A stretch of 61,476 bases of DNA from Candidatus Omnitrophota bacterium (GTDB lineage Bacteria; Omnitrophota; Gorgyraeia; Zapsychrales; Zapsychraceae). The stretch lies in NCBI GenBank assembly GCA_016931055.1, contig JAFGFL010000058.1, forward strand, positions 1 to 61,476, given 5' to 3'. Both the position numbers and the translations under genes were made by a program. The notes beneath the pieces are model-generated. The model was not told the origin of the DNA. It saw only the letters and a program-made list of their open reading frames with translations, and made no database searches. Shown piece after piece: positions 59,101 through 61,476 of the stretch. The number at the start of each line of letters is the position of its first letter. Position 1 is the first letter of the stretch.

Positions 59101-61476
59101 ACCTGGCCGAAACCCGTAAAAACTTTACCACGTAAATCTATGGGTGTCAATAACGATATTATTGGAAATGCGGAGGGCGTGGGAGTCGAACCCCTGACCC
59201 TTTCGGGCCGCCTGGGTTTCGGCCAGGTCCAGTCCACCCCTCTGGTAGCGCCCTCCGACTTATGGACCATTTCACCCTTAAATGACAAAGAAATGCCGTT
59301 GGCTGATAATGCAAACGGATTTAATGCTTATGCGTCGCAAACAAAAATTATAAGGGGATTAAAAATAAATCAGAGGGATATGACGAATGGTGTTACTTTA
59401 ACACAGACACCTCCTTTTGTCAACTCTGCGGCATTAGCATTAGCATTTCCCACGGCAGCTTCCGGAGCTGCGGCGGGTTCAGCGCCAAGGCTTTCCTCGC
59501 CGGCGCAACTTGCGCAGAGGGAAACAGTTCCAACGGCAGCACCTGGTGTGGCGCGAGAGCGCGCCGCTTCCTCCCCGGCACAAACCGGACTTCAGGAAAC
59601 CCAAACTCTTGCTGCCCGCACGACCAGGACTTCTTCATCGCCGATCACTCTGTCGAAAGCATCGAAATATATAACTCCTTTGGTAATGACTGCTGGATTG
59701 TTGTCTGGTTTGGGAGACCGGGGGGAGGTCGATCAGCGGGATTTACGCTGGAAAGCAGTAGATGTGAACGATATGAAACAGGCAAGCCAACCCAAGCTGA
59801 CCCGTATCACAGACAAGTACAACGTGCCTCCGACTTGGGATGCTTATGTCGCGTCCGCGAACAAGGGCACTTTTGATTTGTCCCGATATAAGTTCATGGT
59901 GCTCGCTCTTAGCCAGGAAGGTTCTGCGAGAAACATGGTGGTTGAGATCATCGATCAGAAGGGCCGAAGCAAGAGACTGAATGATGATCATGTGGGGCGA
60001 ATGGGAGACCTATCGGGAGAATGGGCCTTAAGCCATGTGTATACGCCGTCGTCTAAAGATACAACGGCGGTCATTAATCTCAATGATTTTATAAGAAAAG
60101 TTGATCTTAAAAAAGTGACCGAGATCAGGATAACCATGGGGGATAATTATTACACGGTTCCATTGAATACAGAGCGGGGCAATATCGTTATCAAGGGAGT
60201 GGATTTTACAAACGAAGAGATGACCGTAACGCCGAATGTCCCTTATAAGGAATTCAAGGAGTCTGCCCTCCGCAAGGCTGAAGAGATTAGGAAGCAAAGG
60301 GCCGCGACGGCTCAAAAACCTTCGCTTCCGAGAGGAGTGTTTGAAAGAGAAACAGCGGTTTTGGCGAAGGGCTTTCTGAAAAACCGGATTGCAACTATTC
60401 GGAGTCTTGTCGACAAGATCCGGAAAGGGTCAACGGAAGACCGGAAGTACGCCAAGACGTTGTTATTGCGCGAAGCCAACAGGCCGGAACAGCATATCAA
60501 TTTAAGGCGGTATATCTATAGCGAGCTCAAAAATATATTTGGCCCGGATATCTATAAGGACATTTGGGATGATTCGGTCAAGCGGGCTTATGAGGTCAGA
60601 GAGCCGATCGTTGTGGATCTCCTTTCGAATCAGCAAGTGAGGGATTGGGTTGCCGCGAAACGGCTGGCGATGGGGAAAGAGAATCCGCCTGAAATCAGGG
60701 AGCCTGTGGCCGTCCGCCATGTTTTGGACCGGAACGTCATGGAACGGCTCGCGTATTGGTCCATGGTCATGAATATCGATCCAATGACGGTTACGTTCCC
60801 GACGGTTTATACGGAATCCTTGTTAGGGGCGCACCCGGAGAAGACTTATAACATCATGACCGTTCATGCGGCGGACCAGGATGGCGCCCTGGATTCGGAA
60901 GGAAGAAAATTGAGGGATGCTGTCCTCGCGGAATTTGGGCAGGACAGTACGGACAGGATGCTGGATTTGAATATCGTGACAGGATTGATCCTGATGCAGA
61001 ACGGTTTTAACACTTATGAGAACGGGCAATTGGCACAACGCCTCCAAGGGTATAACGGTTATGGGCGGTATCCGTGGGCTCCGTTTGAAGGCGTGAGCAT
61101 GAGAGAGTTCCCCGCCATAGGGATGATGATTGAAAAGATCGGCCAAAAAATGCCGGCGGCCCTCCAGAAGATTGTGGACGAGACCGCAGCCAAATATCGT
61201 CTTACGGTCCCGAAACTCCCGTCCGACCTGCGGGGATATCAGATCGGAATAAAACGGGATACCCGTAAAGATGAAATGATGACATTGGTCAATGAAAAGA
61301 TCAACGATATGGTCGAAAGAGGGAAGATTCCTGCGCCGAAGAATTGGATCAGTCGGACGCTGGCGCAGCGGCCGGCCGCTTCCTCGCCGACTTCAACCTC
61401 GCAGGTTGCACCCCGTCAATTAACCGGTGGGGTGCTACACCCAATCGGTGAATTAAGGGGTGTTGAAGTCGGTGAG
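32152..61476 (+). CDS. Giant membrane-anchored multidomain protein, over 9,775 aa, 3' end beyond the window
   Basis: ATG 32152 is preceded by an in-frame TAA at 32128-32130. There is no frame-1 stop through base 61476 (29,325 nt). The track shows no stop-bounded + ORF in this frame. Hand translation of many stretches gave open, protein-like sequence. The N-terminus carries a TM helix and a C39-like peptidase motif pair. Confidence 0.85.
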   Translation, partial: MSDRPDNFELPGSWMVPYESPSHKGDKTFAKAADISASDVMRMQNINNVGAGFTPAQRQDGGVFRSRFSGWVRTVALAVVLVFLPEQASWAFNYNPMTLWGRKGQDVVSVSPDASPDEAVSARIAASVSNLLNQIAYKENARVQLQLAADHDHVGAGFTPAQKGQGHPQGVPLLIDSETVFTNNRIRRITEWLRQPEIHPLNCGVYALKDILASYDVDAPLEELSVSSLMVDLLNDIVQPGEEKLKTSLFAIHKIVEAYGLGLKAAKLAPEDVLKLKTPFIANFESEHFVTVNSVDNSRVYYSDIGRAQVLSIPEFTAQLTGFVLAPDLEEQENAAFEYLPDSLTPFIWGNKYVDRSDELPGLISGWSLGIGAAIQVGAAFGAAYLTTLGGALGAIGGFMGGNSSFVFSLGVSQFAGSMAQVCMMKWGCSEMQGMILSTAISTGATMGLAAAEKALAQNAAAASLENQAGSMANTMAGSAEAMVGAAAYNGVAESMKTSVWQAALIGVAKGLAIGAGSTYIEYKVAEGLDEILPEGMNQVIRDGIISIGSSFAGQGAVLGGAGAIGGAISGAGSEGQGWFKGMLSGMKTGFVNNMNLVFNKNALKGLGFKFAALGLRALLDWADGGKGAFAGDSMLSQAIGMFTEVFLMSFTQDSALEAKHKAVAAEEGKKAYDAAIRTQAGVSDDISVKDALGKAGDALQKAIWEQKAKEVHDETYEATLTKLENLHEIAFADKDDKADVDIADGQLTVKKGDKLGTFQIATAKELYADKMAGVFLDETTKAGNLAMADLKVKTEESGEAETDETKQLYLAAMAEASGIEEADPEGDLKAAFTRGRRNEALSQVQALMDGETNAWKSIAMKGFISMALAYAMDAIEEGRVKGPRAGDRQTDRMTLLKLRGIWSLSGALYSTGATLLSNVFRPAEPLEKGNNDGLVADLSKLNPEELKEARKIYEAQGKLEQFEAELTMNKSLLLTALDEYIAEPMLGMLADIGTLDGILTEYERPGSFAYGYLPEEAAAAALLGFMKWNDAISEMNGWTPTRTLWLAKTNEQTEEGMRRANRMSRVAPKTIKEVYEMVERRKTRLSPEDLEKNIENQKTLNLARMMDPGENLMNYFLDALTSKLGFHMISEESPFLVGSEYLASTAGAGGALKKIGLNERYLSKIALNVNPNPDGTLNFDKASYYYVGMRGREHYAGEGKTDILLGRLLGHGRRGDFYFEGDGGTQRDFNFSGLFLKEREKLGLDKGAIVYTDKDGRRVVRTVGKGGEISLEEGLMNSDAILVLGGVFQPVAGVETTVNFGTFRNQRKEIALSAGLEKTTDVQGRLQNKVVVNQTERTAPDGRLHYDNGLAMLAKAKEENPLLSLEEQRAAYWNGVLGYKDDVATRVLGATQDWVESPSGPEAVAKAEKQKREDWDKSMYENMAAFIRGEEMPTSPWLTDEEKTKIFTEAEEGRESYVAGLDNNGVPIIKQGKRVHVAFAESSGVRDESGEQDQRMQRVSLAGDGTQTALAAEEVSRLSEVQHFRNNGTLTREDIGQLAALYEEHHADKSVYSIEKFIDETFQFSPRSKLGKELKAGLEFYLAGREGGSPDATFDLDLYDKRPEDGGTLTMGILSKSQTPKGATQLKSETLFTLPANAEGKRNYLMQQLDADKGRGGFIQQIISDAPLAAISGWQEFTGMKDTFNVASEGGVLQAERAVYSHSNLVGLHTPGALDDLKKLMVIESVKQIVREIQDLPSSVSGAHGRKFDFKVLLGRLKASGNPVNEKDIAFYEEQFASINGDTKKLTRGQMIAIEAAIGAYQISNGKKATFDFDWKDWEGALPEGGMDQEGEAKPTSSPLPWYEHSYNGLGNLLVHLYPDSLETGDNALIKVALAIKTLPTTDAEALNAQVQLALQGINLNEPVVETPTSKAFVDMLALKMKGGDGKTYINLGLDEDEKLTGFQLDGYLVRDESPEALARGVTNQTLYRIGKEGGSPMGEEFSIAMFGRPDDAVLGLDPDMRLLKLANNFDQLEQHGFETKFGMGSYFYTGELGENDKGALLPTQGSFIGPGGKLAVGTAVKNYGLGILRGSDGKPEYFHQGLYRKQATATLLAMEQQNEKLYYQELESGGYDQRVLIEGDLKAAYGQDDTVDRFYLDESTNVWRIKGLPWFPISFLNVKTKTGKKVVKDFIDENGISEERLEQYLLAKMPHLAGKIKFDRVKDEKTGEEDMVVSSEATYSRVHQTAGDFLMAMPTPEEEETNAYLNWAMINAISKGTLNDTTRDMKLHKGSYLNPTTGEFGTANDGNFVPQNSEMIIINRKKEVESKAADDTGRKMAETMKYGASPLKSDNETIVSPGEARISPVVNGLINAVTGSSGWILGRGETFFSMEGNVGQNKGTIDDVDFSELGAKKNEDGQLTPGPGERGTRFITMLNRRLGNFTFDGSVSPLTKNDITFGLNNGVLDFSIDLAGGDIQGIGRTYDENGLVDISSFIQASFGLRGEGDRMVKEGGEGDPRYKSYATVNNNAAYGIQNGEFVTEKNIAPDSFVLTKGVPNKLTAFARDNQTEQNEPEKIEVDFDNITVDDGRLILQAFSKGNEGSQGVFALNDLLKAVSQKPKGQTSLSQNNEGKEKEPSAVASDVDLEKLDRSNKIVKLTLDPEKKNQVLNMQLTTGGPKFNAFEAGNKFFVKPGDFSSKDQNGQEKSEKERRWLSTGRRTDEVDENGNPTGRLFHQDRDKTYYEGTDPVTIAILGNGIIDWGSADWRGETKEKGVGLAPRFTNKPLPEGARKGVIDYEAAGMQSSRQKEKGGPFTFGWDRIYADTVKGKMYTPGPDGQNRMVLARIVGTMNTSEGWALTFRGEMSQPDIDAKGDSSGKAGILFGQQRFRYEDMVLNGEKASLVHADSAGESYNLVLGDVDQDLNIFLGPTANFVNSTKVKPEGYGMRSITQEKIKAAETVLALMQKAKEGKLPDVELSKDQFGRETKSALRVELMRLAALAGKEYAQYAEAVHANPDLLNIAITGLSTEGVAVSVDEGLLQSLITQWYGEKVPIETVTKNWGDGMVTQQTVSVEKDEMGQEKRVARKVVPYIFGQKNGENQVVNILIGDGDTGIMHPVIFGSDGKRIFGDTEIAVQGKEQNGQIALNYDYGNDGLIEATVEGKPVSLYMDTTNENNLRVLNPGQSTTIIGQENEDGLRDKTVVSPGQVPQQSILLGSREYKLIYMAEGNRMYRNAEGALIYRDDVGRIISEEQYAKDIAPINQRLVKQFKKEVVFGDISGGENASWRAAPSTWQRLKNAVLNPIDWISAEYQSARHDESRRQKFEKETGVFTSPKLSGILVQLTEEPLGVLQLSAAGFGVAVNGFEYGPKTLQLGNQGMHQILSEGVDSSFEASSTEIQFSRGEQRAALVGGLLDLAVVAAPLARGTAVGLEAVGSSILPRLAPLSLKAAGYTVGASTGITALDLALEPDSGNRNSSGLILLGMLEDLGGRQVIRTVDRKLDMLGITEGGLAARIDKQRSDEKAALIDSLNGNAFGIAALGGISTAKAYLQWATGAMALEILGNPQEAGEGLVDTAKYILNFKGSEDLPKNPDGSIDWAAVVYAGGSLLGTMKGAPAFGKNLNALSVGRVGYIAKPLRGLAAAAKATPMTAATMTGLSIVIPNFFQNVPFAQAVNSTATNMDSIIRDSFVYGGLGSGISALKNSAFMPGPAWVKASGLSLGMGGLSVGADYLSSLLHGEDYGWGRGFTAFGTGVALALASGGLAKATGLGAKIGKLSQGKQALVYGPTAGIISGISGSAATSMFGGTGTFGDWKSFGAHVVLPGALAGMAAKAPRNLSGADIGGGHMLFWERVANKFGLTTREVLKSKFDGTPYLSSAGKMLRLNFTTKSGGINWYGIRQASPLATGLTAAVSVSALPDSLFGDTRAEAIQNKIAWQKAIGAATATVMFWGLRGKDTSGKGLKAFIEEGKGLRQGKLYGNILSAGGVGLAVFAPDSWYKGLGLDEEKAAKVKSVVQTLAVANLLTGIAGYRNVWKASKKSALFEKEGMMANVAKSGVGRLLKAGRLESGGLKVGLMPKLARGANTTLQYGAKAANFASKSGIYWPATFAFPYAWNAILGENTKPEFRTGMALALIAGGIMIPGMRPFYKDMGQKYHMLETGKFGLFSYKIAETALPVIPALTIGMAFMTDIQSMVFHKEGPWMNLLQIGLGKDDFNQMLEQTEIDGMRKTYDEHYNRLKGQMSGSQAFWYLQGKMLAASTLNDIGKREASGEITPEQAKIERESITAVTDFGVVSGFRNRIRANSAWEGFKTALYFGPILSFARPLLAEGLGRVPIMGQFQAFAGEGGAGKGIGDRLFRMRYLSPRTLGARYANNLLKAVDMTQGLAMEEYVREVVAQRLFIDPLFQKSGMKIYSDVDSPEFARQQFGFETFQESFESVGKFSASRIGAAVLEGMTSDAIRAAKLEYSRGAGMNPSVQLPSVDEINALLASGNLADQQEGFRLIQTLPKGAELTLEVLNVAGKPAYMDAGNYIFEVENQSSWAQPMEVYTKHLSNVANGATDLQLMDTLSSEGDAAMETTKEAAAFTLSQRFDPETMARILAERDSNGTISLPGENMPIVQTSVLLPHIYQRIGTTEGLMDQVHEAFSRLVSPQAQSLPATSDFVVSSLRTYQSPLIGQYSGVSKTAQQLVATDFNSHSLMSDYYRTYSSYIIPELEWTQEEGERLEAKLGYRLSLAESGVSSPMQYLVNPFRRGVVRREIISREYSNGVNRRNEISRQIDLIKKADLKNYKEQHLRAFLIESGMSSEQVDEYIVKATDEELKVMQSQHVKKLGQEVNYLERIIGYQEGQLGKVLSGERPKTSLLQRVLPGPTTRKLAVQAYFDQKESKSEIAQVSLSMGLTPEDQGWQDIMSVRRDKAKVSHDSETGRIVKKVDLSGFSGDKEALGQHLASKIRSLNSFSVSGFDSKVEVSGIIDGKVVISYNEITPTQGLRGLALLDRASLIMEEIRGKNIIEASRIAGAGGGNIGLWLNNIERSDRYNMSDAAYTLSGILGSSLGPSVNGVGGVGRLTRQLENSAYQEAIDEYRQEQELQQAAGAAGRQDIVERSEGALDMMRFIWKRSSQEGKRGGFTAPNARAKGIKRISEEMLVLPDTHMDLTFRAKGEAKAQEMINSESRKKKILKKTIKTLNKLESLGIDKRKLEGLDYNTIFNFSDILVHLTNPEATEHGGPAESLPGTGSGDPFSVRLNIRTLLTNGDYSSDIDAILNHELTHIVLHRVAQETGMNDKGLRIGEMANERMVDAVTPREIEDMAYYGTVRFPRTTSGPSILGSTGTPGGHAGAHDGQFRQRADLDPARNRAKQVGTFGQGTNAYEIYIVDGLEADGFGKGFGEDNKVYVDQESWDANPNVADNVDVQHEIKELAQANRIGRGLQGKTAAEMTPTEAFSRVNQNQREIEVLGLSHENAQIKVPEMDIKEAQAPPVMAQGQIAPIAPVLSAPIVQPQLPDLTPNIITPAAPITPNIISSPVLILGSNNQPSSLKDKAMMTNPEALAGEVKAETAQFINRGASDIRIPGSDLTFRPGDQLIYDRPQTIAIPKADGSVDQILVREQTIAAPTVINGTRLEPGDKVVSYDNNTSAVQDRSTGEIKLALRGGTQMPAMPKTQAVKVNDQQFANFELADVFDLSRESPQRTAVQLDNPSIRVRLFVASSDIGVETNAQEPVILDNDHQNKVSARIELPETIGRFQNVFVTEQRREHAAQEYRYDPSLNEADIQDSFQAAIHEAAKIEPSIKDAKIYKVTAPLSTIKQEFETFLADAYGQDSVRYDMAKALTRNEVPAAYAMPEMEDGRKVIVVYEQAAQTRYGLHENPIVAALEHEALAQAELSDTEVIATQLARRTVMVQPVTPTQFSAQVARDTYAQKTGFEVIDFKDLPAATPGVAVGQSMARPDVAAARPLSSPLMILGSNQTIGTSSFNVAKAKPIALVETNIKDQAQRIPLPGRISENVERIYNPVNRVTTLNNLTGRPIFIESLRTTIPAGVTSYTDVLAVPLADGTVEQALVNGDSLAAPFKEYKAGDPVFRNGNDVILMNRDDPQQSMVFQFRPGIAMPEAPEVQTVKTGRKIGEHLTIESEDFNRAGESVKTRFSVDYELARQIETATGRKIKIGTNEMTTQEFRSLFSGVNELKTLQREIINTETPKGIEAVQGDIDILEKKLAGLGEETKPERDRLARIKDKDNTDAQMFVYEMAPAAIDKHIADQMASFDLTALQKTRLLFELNDQTLGGFAEKTNDGKEAVYVFKEIAQNNPRFPETPVAEVIHHELLALNGAADGENLKIQMDRAGATEVRGSVQTPSEFQASMVLDAHKAEAGYRTLSLSDYAAQNNIDMTELTRKMQTMREETVMGTPIEPISTPEVKAGQYALRASSPAAREVAKRLMNELGVPEASSSITRTVSGDSFETDYQTQQERALAGSSPIGLPPASQTRDSLRPAGTVSSPTQADRLYDSRINPMTTGPPISKMDPPAAMSSPMIREVSRAVSSPADSLRTGGEVSRTTSSPVAVERPAVSSPMLVRKMGSLGKGITLLDMREKTFLRAWPYNSEHAGFDLGREMPAAQSAFRKWQVASQRPVKNPFKGIFSAVSVRSINVADVDNLTEMAVRQRNFTEMVRSAITLTESQKNRIEERKNNGEKENGFVKAQKIFNLKAVASRIDLNIVNAQEATLLFAAFKDLGDFESAAYIYENVPDQDFRGSTVNREFYAVALNKIGETDRSIAVSEQLIKEGHGNGEVYAALGKAYKLKGDIHKSYEYYRDGFLKDFEYYPGINAAYNLIEMGQDQQGERMSKMVYFTAEMAGGLRSNDYWAVATMLEAALMARQYETGEGIKRIENALNRVDQVGRHEWEIDSTLGNMKKLRDARAGKNEDVTIFDKAITRLKTKRDSIHTLDAQETAVPIIDDRNDLTRAFIKVAFHYKGINSSFVVGNYRVGAKLNDHTINRVDLATVRSILETVGLSGTTDVEKFKRSIDKVIRAQFDTEHMEDLHGARHDVFDRHAAGTKEISGADITGDSRTNVITDFLIGQGDCRHHAYFKQLAFDVWKRDSLNRLLQKAYNANMGGDVAGYEQYMRDAVELDRTQMYVVDQQVWPEIEVEELYVAKTDKEGKYIKADSFQHYESHTLNVLAKFGEDGNLDQLKQADSFYQSKYDWADHDARPSLSKDGELILDGGTIKAIGENGKEVEARVVLKPEPFSGQRDQASADEYSQTRFRGVTIDRPADPTKLMHNSAFDTGFHQAIKQFAFSVGKYSPQSMNEIQKANVARIHELTKQIIGRDQVTHQDYQDVQDWIINPLFDRFRPERMARGSFTEDTWIAYQHHKGVDQYEKEPFKWDESKVNKETLALLIAADKVHGKVAGLIEDRFRSSGRVELLLTLAADSHNSYYRGEVRNMLQDNGLVAELDFLTDSDIALYMNEGKGGFSEKFKARRTNPKYKDKLKLSDVKEGKRAEFLSKALNHQLETMESSLGQEAYRDAAKELYDPMKEKYASMLARVNDIQKTSNTPEEVEQKVMAEFGGHKINTIAQPWKTLVQEANNYGQSRTARTDYLYGLQRAPVVTNIMVMNMDNVIDDLALRAGERGIMKEAVDEPSLNSAALRSVNALWRVTNPWNSYDGQISLAFSIEDADGLLGTTEIKKDDVVLRPNLSAMYQAAAKATVGLTDFDRYSPQIEQWADLDRRIDEELGKLGVAANETNRNEVRKLLDVSGTFGSVSYAPWTVVLKTGPRGEGTQFVQDRQTEVDRRFFEAKKHINNNNFAFAETSVKGALSFLNSVSASGTESGAGSLQDYGLARDVLSSLDRAGRLPEEGRPVLQALNQGLKGADLERALTDSLWSMPVQARVLENVISDVDKGNLAQLLTQAEQSSAGGEFVTVTDSSRKLQPQRQMKVSVHADRSIKLKPEDTIDMREKDMDHMIIFGDQEFGYFAAQYDGLSSMPRVFGLVDQEMRPIKTEIDGQFDRGIQFVEIEGFNQNYLMDSYEHHVRLSQLIQEKEGLETQAKMLRDQQLETVDQIQFTRNHNEIQRVQRAIRNIDIEILENQRERGVTYYTRISPVMAAASSPAMMAERQAVVLNTRLFSPMQARRTSIDTRPSVSSVRSWAAKSGHRISSAQANEARNLLIEYESFTFIKGGRKEIREYLIKQNVAPHTADVVSFLGDIQRTIQEEVNHIDAVQSSLEMGGSERVRNIAYRIADAKVNHGLNIDTVTAIPLSDGVDITYVRDRLGDIDPRQILFVGRENGKEVYRNGNLEIYENGVESISGNVRVIIGHEGMIDQQIGKMINDAITRNAAAVREGTGMPRYVVGENGERVVLETIGQGNQLRLDLTSMDMDMDAMDKKVDRKAIAIALSNWIRGLSTQKFEGQDLRIQDVQVFSPQEAPELRRVFRLGPDLDRAAIVIRDRNGKTRLLVSSLVVSEIAAHRKDQTGTELGKLISEGLQYQEGEQVRSPIVQGFRNLFEYGAEKAREFIQSDVADIEMVDFDGDLMELSTEQAPVYFPQKPVETYTFGEWASLIDGRSMAAERIPGIPEPPVPTSTSQVAPRQLTGGVLHPIGKLRGVEVGKRPAVSSPMRVQIPKQSLPTAMGLMLLGAGGVWVAADKALTGPDKDMFAAGQQISVKIEPKELQVPTGPSVPSVENYKEVAFSVLSTKRGKSYAAEKSRKLHNDIKERLGKDVPTAIASSKVKDHYYVIAFTDEATIQEAKKKIPDVEEYFPLWRLTDAGRIEFDDDFEIIRAVDNIINEIPRLDADKRDYLRNVLVVTGFSETNALRKFTDQLNGGPAKGWFNMEPATALDIIQNFIRGKEDLKNAIKTVTEKDWDKIRKWKKPYLAQKLKDDGNFAAFMAGMQYLRKWTEVEGKTYEQAYKDVYNTWKGKAVVEEVRAKVRQADLYMKKAEQLKGAGQPKYNPAARATRPSSSPVEVSRLKAISFSPVVKKESEAISSPAFKGATQLLSETGTWPKPVKTLPRKSMGVNNDIIGNAEGVGVEPLTLSGRLGFGQVQSTPLVAPSDLWTISPLNDKEMPLADNANGFNAYASQTKIIRGLKINQRDMTNGVTLTQTPPFVNSAALALAFPTAASGAAAGSAPRLSSPAQLAQRETVPTAAPGVARERAASSPAQTGLQETQTLAARTTRTSSSPITLSKASKYITPLVMTAGLLSGLGDRGEVDQRDLRWKAVDVNDMKQASQPKLTRITDKYNVPPTWDAYVASANKGTFDLSRYKFMVLALSQEGSARNMVVEIIDQKGRSKRLNDDHVGRMGDLSGEWALSHVYTPSSKDTTAVINLNDFIRKVDLKKVTEIRITMGDNYYTVPLNTERGNIVIKGVDFTNEEMTVTPNVPYKEFKESALRKAEEIRKQRAATAQKPSLPRGVFERETAVLAKGFLKNRIATIRSLVDKIRKGSTEDRKYAKTLLLREANRPEQHINLRRYIYSELKNIFGPDIYKDIWDDSVKRAYEVREPIVVDLLSNQQVRDWVAAKRLAMGKENPPEIREPVAVRHVLDRNVMERLAYWSMVMNIDPMTVTFPTVYTESLLGAHPEKTYNIMTVHAADQDGALDSEGRKLRDAVLAEFGQDSTDRMLDLNIVTGLILMQNGFNTYENGQLAQRLQGYNGYGRYPWAPFEGVSMREFPAIGMMIEKIGQKMPAALQKIVDETAAKYRLTVPKLPSDLRGYQIGIKRDTRKDEMMTLVNEKINDMVERGKIPAPKNWISRTLAQRPAASSPTSTSQVAPRQLTGGVLHPIGELRGVEVGE
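32296..32320. repeat. GTAGGGGCAGGC...GCCTGCCC palindromic element, in-frame in the giant ORF
   Basis: 'gtaggggcaggctttacgcctgccc' translates as VGAGFTPA. The identical 25-mer recurs at 32611. Confidence 0.75.
32611..32671. repeat. Compound nested palindrome, in-frame in the giant ORF
   Basis: 'gtaggggcaggctttacgcctgccc...gggcacccgcaaggggtgcccctac'. The outer arms GTAGGGGCA/TGCCCCTAC enclose two inner hairpins. Confidence 0.75.
32690..33150 (+). other. Peptidase C39-like (papain-fold Cys protease) domain of the giant protein
   Basis: 'HPLNCGVYALKDIL' (Cys codon 32758-32760), 'ESEHFVTVNSV' (His codon 33013-33015) and 'YYSDIGRAQVLSIPEF'. The order and spacing resemble C39 bacteriocin-processing peptidase domains. 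Confidence 0.45.
57832..57921 (+). repeat. 90-nt repeat, copy 1 (inside the giant ORF)
   Basis: 88/90 identical to 61387-61476. Encodes 'PTSTSQVAPRQLTGGVLHPIGKLRGVEVGK'. Contains the inverted arms CTTCAAC/GTTGAAG and GCACCCC/GGGGTGC. Confidence 0.85.
59171..59256 (-). other. tRNA-like (class II, degenerate) sequence antisense to the giant ORF
   Basis: The reverse complement folds with a perfect 7-bp acceptor stem (GGAGGGC/GCCCTCC). It has the T-loop context 'GGTTCGACTCC', a 5-bp variable arm with a GAAA loop, and a 5-bp anticodon stem with loop CCGAAAC. The T-stem has 2 mismatches, position 33 is C, and the D-arm is poor. Confidence 0.35.
61387..61476 (+). repeat. 90-nt repeat, copy 2 (truncated by the window end)
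   Basis: See copy 1. Differences are at the positions matching 57894 and 57919. Confidence 0.85.

Noticed and set aside
59171-59256. Calling the tRNA-like sequence a functional tRNA gene
   Set aside because: The T-stem has two mismatches, position 33 is C rather than U, and the D-arm is poor. The anticodon (GAA) does not fit a class II variable arm. The sequence also lies inside an open coding frame. It is kept as a tRNA-like relic, not annotated as a tRNA.
33054-61146. Dozens of minus-strand and off-frame + strand ORFs (60-206 aa) in the track across the giant-gene region, e.g. 33552-34136(-), 42219-42839(-), 49656-50060(-), 40139-40642(+)
   Set aside because: All overlap the uninterrupted frame-1 ORF. 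They are short, have odd compositions (Pro/Arg/Ser-rich) and show no recognisable motifs. They are typical shadow ORFs of a long coding region.
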